64,000 bases of DNA from Octopus sinensis. Lineage: Eukaryota. The first letter of the stretch is position 1. Every line of letters starts with the position of its first letter. A model generated the notes under the pieces. It did not search any database, was not told the origin of the DNA, and saw nothing but the letters and a program-made list of their open reading frames with translations. The translations under genes were made by a program, and so were the position numbers. This document shows, piece after piece, positions 51,090 to 64,000 of this stretch. The stretch covers positions 57,846,001 to 57,910,000 of the forward strand of contig NC_043013.1 in NCBI RefSeq assembly GCF_006345805.1. The letters are read 5' to 3'.

Positions 51090-51640
51090 TTATTATTATA
51101 ATGTGATGAAAACTTACAGCTTATCCTGCCGGGTATGATGGAAAGTGTCTGCTGTCCACAGCCAGCAGACTAAGGTGACACTTGTTTAATGTTCATGCGT
51201 CAAGAACCCTGCAAAAACGTCTTGCAGTTCCACTCTTGCACCAATCCTTTTTAGCCTTGTTAGATGTTGAGTGCTGATACTTCCAAGGGCACCAATTACT
51301 ATTGGTATCTCGTCTACTCTCCTCATTGACCACAACCTTCGTATTTCAAATCATCATAGTTGTTTATTTTTTCTTCTTCTTCTTTCACATTGATCCTGTT
51401 GTCACCGGGGCATGCTATGTCGATTATTAAACGTGTTCTTTCTTTTTTATTCACCACAACAATGTCCGGTTTCTGCTCTCTGTTCAGAGGATCACACTGG
51501 ATCATTGCATCTCACAGGATTTTGCAATTCTCATTACCGGTGAATCCTTCCGGGGTTTCGTCATACCAAGTATTTGCTGCTCGTTACACAGAGCTCCCAA
51601 AAGATCATTTTGCCACATTGTCATGGCGTCTTGTCTAATT
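51090..51640 (-). mobile_element. Dong/R4 3' end (RLE plus 3' UTR) ending in (TAA)n
   Basis: KPDIVVVNKKERTRLIIDIACPGD, followed by an (ATA)n tail at 51060-51100. Confidence 0.8.
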
Positions 51641-51890
51641 GCGTTATGCCAGTTTCAGGCCAGTTTCCCTAACGATATTCCATACCGTCTCACCACATAT
51701 TCTCCACTTGTCGATGTTGGTAGTGTCGTCAATTCTGCACTTAACTTAGTTGATTCTTGACGCTTGTCCTTGAGCTGCGCATGTGACTGCTTCTGTTTAT
51801 CTTCAGGTTGCTCCTCCGTATCCGTCATGGTGTTCAAATTTCTTCCAAACTGATCGAACATTTTAAGAATTTTGTTGGGGTAAGATATGA

Positions 51891-51948
<58 letters not shown>

Positions 51949-51949
51949 T

Positions 51950-53230
51950 ATGTTTGACTTTTTCTTTACATTTGTACAAGCTGGCTCCAAGTCTCACCCA
52001 GAGACCTCAAGGGACAACAAGTTGGAAGTTCATGTTGGTGTTATGCCTATGTTGCCATATATTTGGTTTTGTACTTAGTGTTGTACTAGTGAATGCCTAA
52101 AAAAACATACGAAAATTATGTTTGTTTTAACACTTGAGATTACAAAGAAAGTATTTTGCGTAGGATATGAGCAGTTCCCATGAGCACTATCTTTTGAATT
52201 TCTGCCATTTTGAGGTTTCCTGGTATCTTAGTTAGGTAGCAATCAGCCCCTTTCGCTATCATTCCCATGGCACCTATGACAACGGGTATTGTCTTAGTCT
52301 TCAGGTTCCACATTTTGCTAATTTCTATTTCCAGATCTTTATATTTGCTCAGTTTCTGGTAGGTCTTGACAGATACGTTTATATCGATTGGGACAGTCAT
52401 ATCAATGAGGAGGCATGTTCTTTGTCTGAAGTCTTTCAATATGATGTCTGGCCTATTCTCGTCTATCTTTCTGTCAGTTTGAATGGTGAAGTTCCAGAGG
52501 AGTGAGATGTGGTCATTTTCAAGCACTGGAGGTGGTTTGTGTTCCCACCAGTTTTTATCATGGGGCAAATCCAGGTTTCTGCAAATTACCCAGTGAATAT
52601 ATTGTGCAGCTCTATCATGCCTGTTGAGATACTCTGTAGGCGCTAGAAGACTGCATTTGGAGACAACATGATCAATGGTTTCATTTTGTTGTTGACATAC
52701 ACTCATGTTGGGCTACTGCCGTTCTATGTTGGCCTGGTAGTTCCTTGTAGGTAGGCATTGATCTTGAGCTGCTATGATAAACCCTTCTGTTTCAGATTTT
52801 AAGCCAGGGGCCATTAGCCTTTGATGGGTCAGGGCTTTGTCAACATCTGCATTATTCACTCTCTTTGGGTATTTGCCATTGAGAGGTTTTTCTTGCCATT
52901 TATCATTCGGAATATCTAAGGCAGCAGTTTTAGCACGGGTTTTCATGCGCTTAGCTTTTTCTGTGCTTGTTCCTTGTGTGTCCGGAATTCACTTAGATAT
53001 TCCTTTGCCTGTTTTGTTACTGAGTATGATGCTTTCTTGTTTCCATGTTTTGAGACAAGTTTTAACATCCAGTCCTCAGAGTTTTTCAGGTAGGTGTCTA
53101 GGCCAATTGTTGCAACCTTCATTGTTATTGCCAGTTGCAAAAGCCCACGGCCACCCTCTTTTCTTGGTAGATAAAGTCGTTCTATATCTGCCTTAGGGTG
53201 GTGCATTCTATGCATTGTCAACAGTTTTCG
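51950..53230 (-). mobile_element. Dong/R4 3' portion (CCHC plus RLE), flanked by (TAA)n on both sides
   Basis: HHPKADIERLYLPRKEGGRGL, ETIDHVVSKC...RHDRAAQYIH, RPDIILKD...LIDMTVP...KYKDLEIE. Confidence 0.92.
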
Positions 53231-53326
53231 TATTTTATTATTATTATTATTATTATCATTATCATCATCATTATTATTATTATTATTATTATTATTGTTA
53301 TTATTGTTGTTGTTGTCGTCATTATT

Positions 53327-53354
<28 letters not shown>

Positions 53355-53357
<3 letters not shown>

Positions 53358-53500
53358 GTTTGGCTTTTGCTTTGTATAAGTTGACTCCAAATCTCACCCA
53401 AAGTCCTCAAGAGACACCAAGTTAGAGGTTCAAATCGCTATTATGACTAAGGTACGATATTTGTTTTTGGTTTTTGCACAGAGTTTTATTCCAGCGAGTG
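53355..53500 (-). mobile_element. Additional Dong/R4-like 3' UTR fragment
   Basis: Similar to the 3' UTR at 51950-52070 (TATGTTTG.C...CTCCAA.TCTCACCCA.AG.CCTCAAG.GACA.CAAGTT). Confidence 0.6.
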
Positions 53501-54816
53501 TCTGTTTAAACGTAAAATAAACATTTCTCTTAAAAGTAATTTCATGATAATTTGATAGTGAGATCTTAAGACGATAATAAAAAGTGTTTGTTGTTATGTT
53601 CATTTAAAATGTACTTTCGATAATGTGTGTTCACAAAGTAAAATAATTTTGGAATTACGCAGCTATTTATTATTGTAATTGTTCAACATTTGGTAGTTCT
53701 GGGCAAATTTCTCCTGCATTTCCTGCAACACCTTCGTGCTGCTGTTGTGTGTGCAGCATAGTCTGTTCCTCTTCCGTTGTTAGGGGTTTGCAAAATCTTC
53801 CCGGCATTGCATATAACATTGACAGAAATATGGAAGTGTTTTGATGAGTTTGTAATTCGCATGGCTAAGCTATATACATGAGAACGTTTTTATGGCAGTA
53901 TATTTATCTGAATTCTTCTACAACCCCATTTTAATAAGAGGACAGAGGGCATGTTTTGCTAATTAAAAACTTTTGCGTTGTTGAAATTATATAATATGAC
54001 AACAAATATTTCTGCAACTGTGCTATGAATTAGCAGAGCTGTAAAAACTTCAGATGGAATTTCTCGCTGTATTTGTTCTGTCACTTCGATTTAAAATCTC
54101 ATTAGGTTCACATTTCCTCATGTAATCGTTTATAAAGTGTTACCATCCGAGGGCAATGGTTTAGTACTGTTTGAGCTTCGAGCGAAATTGCTTGCAGTGA
54201 CCTTTCATTTTCATAGCGTTTTCAGTGCAAATTTCTCCTAAAATGGTCACATCAATCTGTTATATGGAATAGGTCTCCGAATGAAACGGTATATTACTGG
54301 TATGGAATCTGAGTCTTCGAAAACCAAATGAGTTTGGGATGTGATCAAAACAGCAATATTCTATCCACGGCTGGGTAAACCGACAATCCGTTGGCCACAT
54401 TGTGTAAGAAAAATACAACGCGAAAACAGTGTTGTCTATTATAAGCAGAGAAAGCTATTAGTAAAGACTAGAATCTGTGTCAGCTAATGAGGCTATTCTA
54501 TGACTAGATGACAGTCTGAGGGTATGATCTGTTTCGGTACCGAGGTAAGAGAAAATCAACTAAAACAAAAATATGTGTACCTTATTCAGTATCATAAAAC
54601 CAATAGCTATAAGATATACTATAGAACTTTTCATTGTCTTTATTCATTTCAATTTATACTTGTTCATTTTTTTGTGTACCTATTCCTGTTTTGTAGCTTT
54701 ATGCATGTACAAAGACCATTCCTCATTTTGTCCACGTATGATAGATTCATCTCCTTACATAGAAATAATATCAATTCGTCAAGCTAACTTGTATGTTGTC
54801 AATCCGTCTAACCATC

Positions 54817-54861
<45 letters not shown>

Positions 54862-55103
54862 CGTCCATTTTCCTATCTACATGATTATTCATATACTTTA
54901 AACAACTATCTGTTCATCTATGTCAATTGTCCTGATACCATCATCTCTTTCTCTTTCTCACACTGTCTGCTTTTCTCCCCCCCCTCTCTCTCTAGTTCTA
55001 TATTGTTCATGCTGTTCCTTTTCAATATTATATTTCCTTTCAATCTTCATCAATTCCCATTTCTAACTATTCCTCAGTGTATCTGCTGCGTACACCAATG
55101 GAT

Positions 55104-55146
<43 letters not shown>

Positions 55147-56679
55147 TTCTCTCACGCACACTCACACAGGCATACACTCCCTCACACACACACACACACT
55201 TCTGCCCCACTACATGTATAGCCCAAAGCTCCTATTACCTAATCAATCACTCAGGCGAGCAGCCAGCCAAAAGCATATCTTTCTTTCGTTTTTATTGGTT
55301 ATTCTCAATTGTTATTGTTATTTCCTATTGGCTTTCTCTAAATATTAATGTTTTTGTTTTGGCTTATCTTACGGTCAGTAGACTTTCATATATAACCAAT
55401 TCTCTGACCCCATACATCAACATTCGTCTTATTGGCAGCTGCTTCTCATGCACTGAGTTGTCCCCCAGGCAAATCAATCAGCATTCCCCTTAACCTTCGC
55501 ATTTCGCTTTTCATATGAAACTATTTATTTACGCTCTTTAAAAACAAAACAAAACAACTTTATCCTCTATTTTATGAACTATCTTCCCTATGTACTCATA
55601 ACACTGAAATATGTTGTGGAATAGTTTTAGAATATTTTATATTTGCCTTTTGAGAAATTCTTTTTGTTTTCCTTTTTCGATGAAGAAAAAACAAAAGCAT
55701 TTGTATGCTAATGTCAAAGAAAATCATACATATTTTGACGTCGCCTCTGGCATTCTAGCATTTGTCTACAGATAGAAAAAAATCTATATATATGCAGGGT
55801 AAATTTCTATAATTCATTAAAAAAATATGTTATGTAAAAACCCACAACAAAATGATATAAAAACTGCACGGTACATTATTTTCAGAAAAACTTAAAAATT
55901 ATTTATTATTAACATGGATCAGTAACACGCTGAGAGAACTAGGAATGGAAATAGCTACGAGAGCATTATACAGGGAATGCTGTCATTCTAGAGCTGAGAT
56001 AAACAAACTGGCTGGGTATCTCACAGTGGTTGCAGATAAATTTCCTGTTATTGGTGATTTTGAATGAAAGAATTATCTAGTTGCTAACAGGTGGGAGTAG
56101 GCTCAGCAGTATACTTGGAGACATTCCTCTCATGCTTCGTACTGGTGGAGTCTCGTAATTTCGTGCTCTAAATCTAGAAAAGAACTTATTTAAAATCGAG
56201 TCGGTAAATAAACCATTATCAATTATATAATAATACTGTGTTTTTATATCAGTGAGTTGTATCAATATTTGCTGTAAGGTTATATCTAAATACAGAGAAT
56301 TATCAGAGATTTAAGTGTGTTAGCCATGAATATTCACAGTAGTGATATGTAATGCCACCCTTTAACCGTTCACATGGTGAGCCGACATTTTATTGACTTT
56401 GTCTACCGTCTGCAGTGAACGTGTTGTGGACTAATTAGTAATAATATTTTTAGATGGCTGATTTCAAAGAAATAATTCTCAGATAGATTCTCAGTATAGG
56501 TACTGGTCATCAGTGGTTTGGAGTGCTGAATTTATAAAAGCATTCCTATTCCAAGAATACCTTGCGATCAAAATTTAAATGGAATCAGCTGGAAAGCTGT
56601 GTATCAGCGTAGCTGCTTGTTTCTGAATAAGACAAGCAAAATATGAAACTAAGTAAAACTGGATCACTTATTAGGTTTT

Positions 56680-59500
56680 CCATTAAATACAATCACACAC
56701 ACACACATACAGAGATTGGAAAGTTCTGAGGATAGATGTGCACATTCTGCGGGCAACATTGACTTTCTTGTTGATGTGCACACTCCATCTAAGGTTGCTG
56801 TCGACAGTTACACCTAAGTTTCTGATATTATTCGACGGTTCAAATAGGTCTCTCGACGGTGGTGTATACGGTTCTTTGAATGTGACCTCTTTTCTAAAGT
56901 GGATGAGCTCAAATTGGTCTTCGTTCGACTGCATATTTTTTGTGCCCACGCGGTTACTGCGCATAGATTCGATTGAAGAACCTGGAGCTTAGAGTCAACT
57001 GCAAATATTTTAATGGTACTATGTCCAATGGAATTTGCAATATCACTGATATAGACAATAAAAGAAGTGAACCCAGCAGAGTACCCTGCGGGACTCCGCT
57101 GATGACTTTTGCTGGACTTGAGTGTATGCCATCAACCACAACATGCTGGGTCCTGTTTGTTAGGAACTAACTAATCCATTGAAGTAGCTCTCCACCGATT
57201 CCTGCGTTGGATAGTTTCCTTGACAGTATATTGTGGTTGATTCTATCAAAAGCCTTGCTGAAATCAAGGTATATGACATCGGCGTTGGAGCCCTCACTCA
57301 GTACATTTAAGATGTCATCAAAGTGTTGGAGGAGCTGTATTAGACAGTCCCTCCCACCATGAAAGCCATGCTAGTTGCAATTTAGGAGATGAGTTTGTTC
57401 TAGAAAGGCTGTTATTCTTGATCTCAACACTGATGATATGAGAGTTGAGTGAAATTGGACGGTAGTTTACAGGGAGCGATTTATACCCCTTTTTAATGAT
57501 AGGAGCGACTGACTGGGAGAGAAGGTTTTGAAGAATAAAACCGGCATCCAGTGATTTTCTCCAGAGATGTGCAAGAAGAACTTCAAGTTGCTGTCTGTAT
57601 CCCTTCATCACTTTAGCAGGGAACCTGTCCGGACCCACTGCTGAATCAGACTTGATTTCTTTTATTGCTGCTAGGATATCAGTGGCGTCAAAGGTTTTGT
57701 CGGAAAGCACATGTTGAGGATTAAAAGAAGCAAAGCTGCTTGAGTCAACTGAATTAGGTCACTGTAAACAGAGCGGCATTGACTTTGTAGGACCTCAGCC
57801 AAATCTTTGGCATCTCTGCGAAAGATGCTGTTTCCGTTAACCAGTGGGCCGATAGGGGGAACTGTAGCCCTATGTGTTTTTGCAAAGGAGTAAAATACCT
57901 TAGGATCATTCTTGATGTTTTTAATAGCCCAGGCTTCCTCTGCAGCTCTTTGGTCGTTTATGATGATTGCCATACATCCCTGAAGTTGTTGCTTCCCTGA
58001 TTCTAAGATTGTTAATACTCGCGATTGGGGGTGATGCGGGTGGTGGTATGTTAGTGTATTGATTTTTCGGTTTATTCTTTTTATTCCCCTGGCGAGCTCT
58101 TTTCTCTGCTTTGGAATCATGTTAGTTATGAGGATGTTTTAAGCATATGTGGGTGAATGCGTTCTCAAATAGTTGCCATGCGTTTGTGTTTGTTGTGGTA
58201 TTGGAGGAAGCAAGGGTGAAGGACCAGCCACTTGCGATAAGTCTTGAGTGATCACACGCCAGTTTCACCTGTGTAAATTCATATTATCAAATGGGTGGAG
58301 TTAGTGATTTATGCCGAAACTTTGGATGCTGAGGACTGAGGCTACAGGGTACTATGTCATGGTCGGAGAGGGGTTTCTTTCAACTGTGATGTTATAAATA
58401 GTGTTAGCATGGTTGGTTAGCATTAGGTCCAAGACACATTAGTTGTTTCTGATTGGTTCATGGACGAGTTGTGACACGACAAAATTGTCCATACATTTGA
58501 AAAGTAACTCGCCTGGTGCTTCGTATGAGCTTGAGGTGAAGGTCTTGGTCTAACGATATTAGTGAACCAATCTACATAAGGTAGATTGAAGTTACTCATC
58601 ATCAGATTATTTCCTGGGTTACATTGCAGGAGGAAAGATTTGATCTTCTCGAGGCACTCTCGAAAAGAGTGTAAGAGTGCTTGTATGGGTCTGTAGAGCC
58701 GAATCACGGACAGGACTTTACCCTTATTCTGTACAGAGACTGATTCGCAGCAGTCGTTGGAGAAAATGACCTTGGAATCTGCGCTGAAAGAATCATGGAC
58801 GAAAACAGCAACTGCACCCTTCTTTCGGCCGATCAGCAGTGAAGTCTTTGATTTTCAGTTCAGCCTGTAAATGACAGTCATTTAAGTGGGTAACAATTAC
58901 ATTGAAGAAAGGGATCGGATGTGAGTGTGCAGCAATCTATACCCATATTTGAGCTTTGATGGCTGGGTTGATATTTTGGGCTTCAAGGAGGAATGTCGTT
59001 GTTAAGACAGCAGCTTCGTTGCGTTTCCTCAGGATCCGCACATCATGTTTGTTGTGATTATTGTTGTTGTTGCTACTCAGTGTCACCAGCAAGGATGTTT
59101 TTCGCCTTGGGTTAATAGTGGAGATTGAATAATTTTCTGGATTTCTATCGCCAAATTCAACCTGGCTAAAAAAGAAGTTTGGTCTCTCGAGTCACTGCAG
59201 TTATTGTTGCACTGCTGGATGCGGCCGCAAATCATTTTATTATTACATTATTTTTTCGGCTGGGTTTTCTGTCCCCTGGTCTATGTGGAGGAAAGGAACT
59301 ATTTTTTACCAAACCAGGTTTGGCGTGGTTGCATCTGTTAGGGGAGAGCACTCACAATATTACCACTTTTCTTAGGCCATTCTATTTACTAATGAAGCGT
59401 CTAGTTTCCGGTAGGTGGGTAAAAGAGCAGCTCTGTTGTAATATTGGGATTCCGTTTTGTTGATGTAAGAGGAGTGTGTTGTTGTATGTTCATGGATGTT
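56680..59500 (-). mobile_element. Older, divergent CR1/L2-group LINE (ORF1 remnant, APE, RT)
   Basis: MSNFNLPYVDW, AWAIKNIKNDPKVFYSFAK, DSAVGPDRFPA, NYRPISLNSHI, GVPQGTLLG. A Cys/His-rich ORF1 remnant lies near 59300-59460. Confidence 0.8.
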
Positions 59501-60944
59501 TCATAGTTGATGTGTCTAGTTCCTAGGTGGCAAATGAAAAAACAGTCTTGCCGCAAACACATCCTCTCACAGAGGGAATAACTGCAGATTTTGGGGTTAC
59601 GTCTGTAATTAAATCTTTGTCGTTCATTTGATTAATTTCTTAATGGCTCCTTGTGGAGAATAATGTAATAGTTATAGGTTCTCTTTATAAACAACATGGT
59701 AATTCATTACACAAGATCGCATCAACACGTGGCCAAATGGGCCACTTAGGCTTCCACGTTAGGCTTTCTATAGCAGAACATAGAAAGTCGGGTGATTGCA
59801 GCACAGTCCTTTGATGAGTGCTGATGGAGGTGGACATTTTTTGTCTCACGTTTAGCCACAATGTTTGGGTGGTTGTAATATTCCACAAAGTAGACTGGAC
59901 CAAACCAAAATGAAATGCCTTACTCAGAGGTACTTCGTGCTACAGGGTCGGGGAATCGAATCTGTGATTTCACCACAGTAATCACAGTGCTTTAAATTGT
60001 ATGCCGCGTGGTTTCGCGTGCATTCCCCATAACAACACTGGCAATGTGTTAATTAATTAATAAGGAGGTCACAGAAACAATTAGAAATCCAGTGATAGAT
60101 ATGAAGTTGAATTTCCATCAGTGAACTTCATGCTTTCCAGGCCAACGTTGTTGAAAAGAAAAATAATAAAACATTGAAAATATAACAGCGTTCAGTAAAA
60201 ACTATGAAAATTAGAGTTATTTGGTGTCTCTACGAAATGATTTTAATAATTTTTGATGATTCCTAAATTAAACACACAAAGAAATTCCTAAATAGAGTTA
60301 ACCAGTCTGCAAAGATTCTACAATCATTGCACATTCCCAGAAAACCGATTCCATATTCATGTGTCCTTTTCTTTTGGAGATTTTACGTTAGACAAAACCC
60401 AACGCGGGATCGAGTATGTCCACCATCTCCATGAATTCTCGTCCCCGATTCTCCAGGAAATTTCAAAGAGTTTTATTTTCATCATCTTTCAAAGTTTAAT
60501 TTAATAAAACATAAAATAAATAATTACAATGTCATATATCTTCAGTATCATACCTATTTATCTCAACAAAAGCCGGGGAAGAGAAAAAAAAACGGTAGTG
60601 CTAGATATGAATCTAGTTGACTGATGTGGATCATTTACAAGACAAATGGATATAAATCACAGAACGATTAGCGAGTTCTTTGAATATATCGATCTTGAAT
60701 GACAGCTGAATATTCACCACAAGAGTATTTCAATATCTTGGGACAGAGATATTACCATATTTTCCACTCAACAAAAATATTCATTGAAAAGTTACTGATT
60801 CCGAAATTTATTCGTTTGCTATGTATGTGTGTGCGTGTGTAAGTGTGTGTGTGAGAGAGAGAGTATACATAGACACATATATATATATGTATATATAATA
60901 CATGTATATGTGTAGGAATATGTAGGTATCCATACACACGCACG

Positions 60945-61028
<84 letters not shown>

Positions 61029-61354
61029 TAGATAGATAGATCTACAGAAATATATTAAATATATAATTTATCTCGTTGTTATTGATATTATAAACTCACA
61101 CTAAGCGTGTATAATTCCAATATTTATAGCTACCTTATGATTAGAATGGTCAATATCTGGTTCTCATCATATTCCCAGATATAGATTAAAAGTAGGTTCA
61201 TAAATAAGAATCAAAACTGTATTTATTATTAATATTAATAATAAGCGCGCGCACACACACATACACGTATATACACTAAAATATACACTAAAATATATAT
61301 AGACATTTATGCATTTATTATGTATGAACATTATGACTAAATTATAAGATATTG

Positions 61355-61480
61355 CATTCAAATTTTGGCTCAGCTGTTATTTATTTTATCAATCTCGACA
61401 GGACGAAAGGCAATGTCATCTACGGCAGAATTTGAAATCAGAATAAAATGACAGCCGAAACGTGGGTAAGCGTTTTGAGA
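61355..61480 (-). mobile_element. Degenerate tRNA-derived SINE
   Basis: Decayed match to the 40772-40982 copy. Confidence 0.55.
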
Positions 61481-62150
61481 TCACTAATACGTAGAGTGGA
61501 TGGATAGTGGGGATGGCTGTATCAATGAAGAGAGAAGGTGGGCAGGTGTAAAGAGAGGAAGTAAGAGGCAGATGAAGAAAGGCGAGGAAGGTAGTTGAGC
61601 TCTTGTGATGCAAAGGAACAAAGAGAAGATTAATTCTTGTTCACGGTGAAGGCGAGAGTCTGGATGGCCCCTGTACAAAGATAATCCGAACACAGACAAG
61701 TCGTGAATGACCAGTAGAGCGGAAATGGCGTGAGATCGAGGTGTCATTACCGTGTCTGATATTTTGTAGGTGCTCCGTGAACCGGTCAGCTATATACTGA
61801 GAACCGATGTGTTGAGAACCGATGTACAAAGAAAGGCAGAAAGAACAGGAGATATAGTAACTTACTTTGCTAAAAGTGCAGGTAAAGGAGTCGGTGATAT
61901 GTGAGGATGAAGGTTTTGGAGAAGTAGGGTCACGTGCGGTAGCGTAGGCGGGTGCAGGGGAACGAATCAGGTTAGGAGGTGGAGTTATGGAAGAAACTAT
62001 GGACCAGGAGGTCATGCAATTGTGGGTTTGTTTGAAGGAGGGAAGGTTTAGGCTTGGGAAGATGTGCGAGGTCGGACTAGAGTCGCAGGTAGGCTCGGAG
62101 AAGGATACGTTAGAGGGGCAAATTGGAGGGTAGGTAGGTGAAGGTATCTG
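61480..62150 (-). mobile_element. Penelope-like element C-terminus (GIY-YIG endonuclease), degenerate
   Basis: FTCTFSKVSYYISCSFCLSLYIG...ADRFTEHLQNIRHGNDTSISRHFRSTGH, then GLSLYRGHPDSRLHREQELIFSL. Confidence 0.85.
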
Positions 62151-62415
62151 AACTAAAACTCCGGCAGGATTTAATCAATTCAGCTGTAATTCTTGTGAAA
62201 TGTGTCTGTGCAATCAGATTTGGTCAAGAATGCCCAACTGTAAAATCCTTTCCATTACTGGGACCGGAGTGATTTACTTTGAAGTTTGTTTTTACAAAAA
62301 TTGGAGTGAAAAGCCGAAACCTGACGAAGTAATGTCTTGTTTCAGGCTAAAATATGAACCACTGCGCAAAGCTTAGTTCATTGCTACTTTCGGGTATTTA
62401 TTGGTTTCCTCTATA

Positions 62416-62519
62416 AATCTGCAGCTATTATTATTATTATTAATATTATTATTATTATCATTATCATTATTATTATCATTATTATTATTATTATTATCAT
62501 TATTATTATTATTAATATT

Positions 62520-62560
<41 letters not shown>

Positions 62561-62643
62561 AATTATTAATATTATTATTATTATTATCATTATCGTTATT
62601 ATTATCATTATCATTATTATTATTATCATTATTATTATTATTA

Positions 62644-62677
<34 letters not shown>

Positions 62678-62769
62678 CATTATTATTAATTATTAATATT
62701 ATTATTATATTATCATTATCATTATTATTATCATTATCATTATTATTATTATCATTATAATTATTATTA

Positions 62770-62800
<31 letters not shown>

Positions 62801-62910
62801 AATTATTAATATTATTATTATTATAATTATAATTATTATATTATATTATTATTATTATTATCATTATTATTATCATTATCATTATTATTATTATATTATT
62901 ATTATTATTA

Positions 62911-62951
<41 letters not shown>

Positions 62952-63033
62952 ATTATTATTATTATAATTATAATTATTAATATTATTATTATTATCATTA
63001 TCATTATTATTATCATTATCATTATTATTATTA

Positions 63034-63092
<59 letters not shown>

Positions 63093-63201
63093 ATTATTAA
63101 TATTATTATTATTATAATTATAATTATTAATATTATTATTATTATCATTATCATTATTATTATCATTATCATTATTATTATTATCATTATTATTATTATT
63201 A

Positions 63202-63232
<31 letters not shown>

Positions 63233-63461
63233 CATTATTATTATAATTATTAATATTATTATTATCATTATCATTATTATTATCATTATCATTATTATTA
63301 TTATCATTATTATTATTATTCATTATTATTATTATTATTATTATCATTATTAATATAATTATTAATATTATTATTATTATTATTATATTATTATTATTAT
63401 TATTATTATTACCATTATCATTATTATTATCATTATCATTATTATTATCATTATTTTTATT

Positions 63462-63496
<35 letters not shown>

Positions 63497-63520
63497 TATC
63501 ATTATTATTATAATTATTAA

Positions 63521-63554
<34 letters not shown>

Positions 63555-63636
63555 ATTATTAATATTATTATTATTATCATTATCATTATTATTATCATTA
63601 TCATTATTATTATTATCATTATTATTATTATTATCA

Positions 63637-63667
<31 letters not shown>

Positions 63668-63689
63668 CATTATTATTATTATCATTATC

Positions 63690-63727
<38 letters not shown>

Positions 63728-63742
63728 CATTATTATTATAAA
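62416..63742. repeat. (ATT)n/(ATC) trinucleotide microsatellite, ~1.3 kb
   Basis: Visible directly. The poly-I and poly-N ORFs are artefacts. Confidence 0.97.
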
Positions 63743-64000
63743 CACTCTGAATCGACTGAATGCAACATAAGGTTTCGTAGGGGTCTTACAGAAAACTAGG
63801 CCCACCAAACTTTAGGTTGTAAGCGGCCGAATCAAAGTGTTTCAAATAATATATTCTACCCAAATTAAATATGTTGAGTGCGTCTTTCTTTTTCTTTGTA
63901 CACCCACCCACCCTACTTATACATACATGCACGCATACACACACACAAATATATTAACCGACCCTTTTCGTCTGATCTACACGTCCGCTTTCTAGATATG

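Noticed and set aside
60290-60470. GC-richer island that might be a host exon
   Set aside because: All three minus-strand frames stop quickly, and I found no recognisable domain or convincing splice signals. The plus strand was not fully evaluated.
62305-62350. GCCGAAACCTGACGAAG near the PLE fragment
   Set aside because: The motifs are adjacent in the wrong arrangement, no GAAA follows, and the strand is opposite to the PLE.

Overview
This is eukaryotic, repeat-saturated, apparently non-genic DNA with a 100-N scaffold gap at 15568-15667. It is probably from an octopus (inferred from tRNA-derived SINEs resembling the octopus OR/OK-type families). I found no credible host exon, and most ORFs in the track are microsatellite translation artefacts. 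Real coding remnants come from CR1/L2-group APE-RT LINEs (several subfamilies, ORF1 with Myb/SANT-like plus CCCH zinc finger), Dong/R4 RLE retrotransposons, Penelope-like elements (RT and GIY-YIG), mariner and maT-like transposases, and a gag-knuckle ORF1-only element. The main result is three unrelated families of minimal type I hammerhead ribozymes (HHRs) with short palindromic stem III, read directly from the sequence. Family A lies in a ~351-nt non-coding monomer (18.4-18.9 kb and an inverted pair at 32.0-32.75 kb). Family B lies in a ~445-nt tandem array of 3.2 units (22.5-24.0 kb). Family C lies in a 320-bp palindrome (7.75-8.07 kb). A and B have the architecture of non-LTR retrozymes (ribozyme-bearing repeats that can yield circular RNAs). 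One locus of each family has an inversion on the 5' side of the ribozyme strand. All structures were folded by eye and none was computed or tested.
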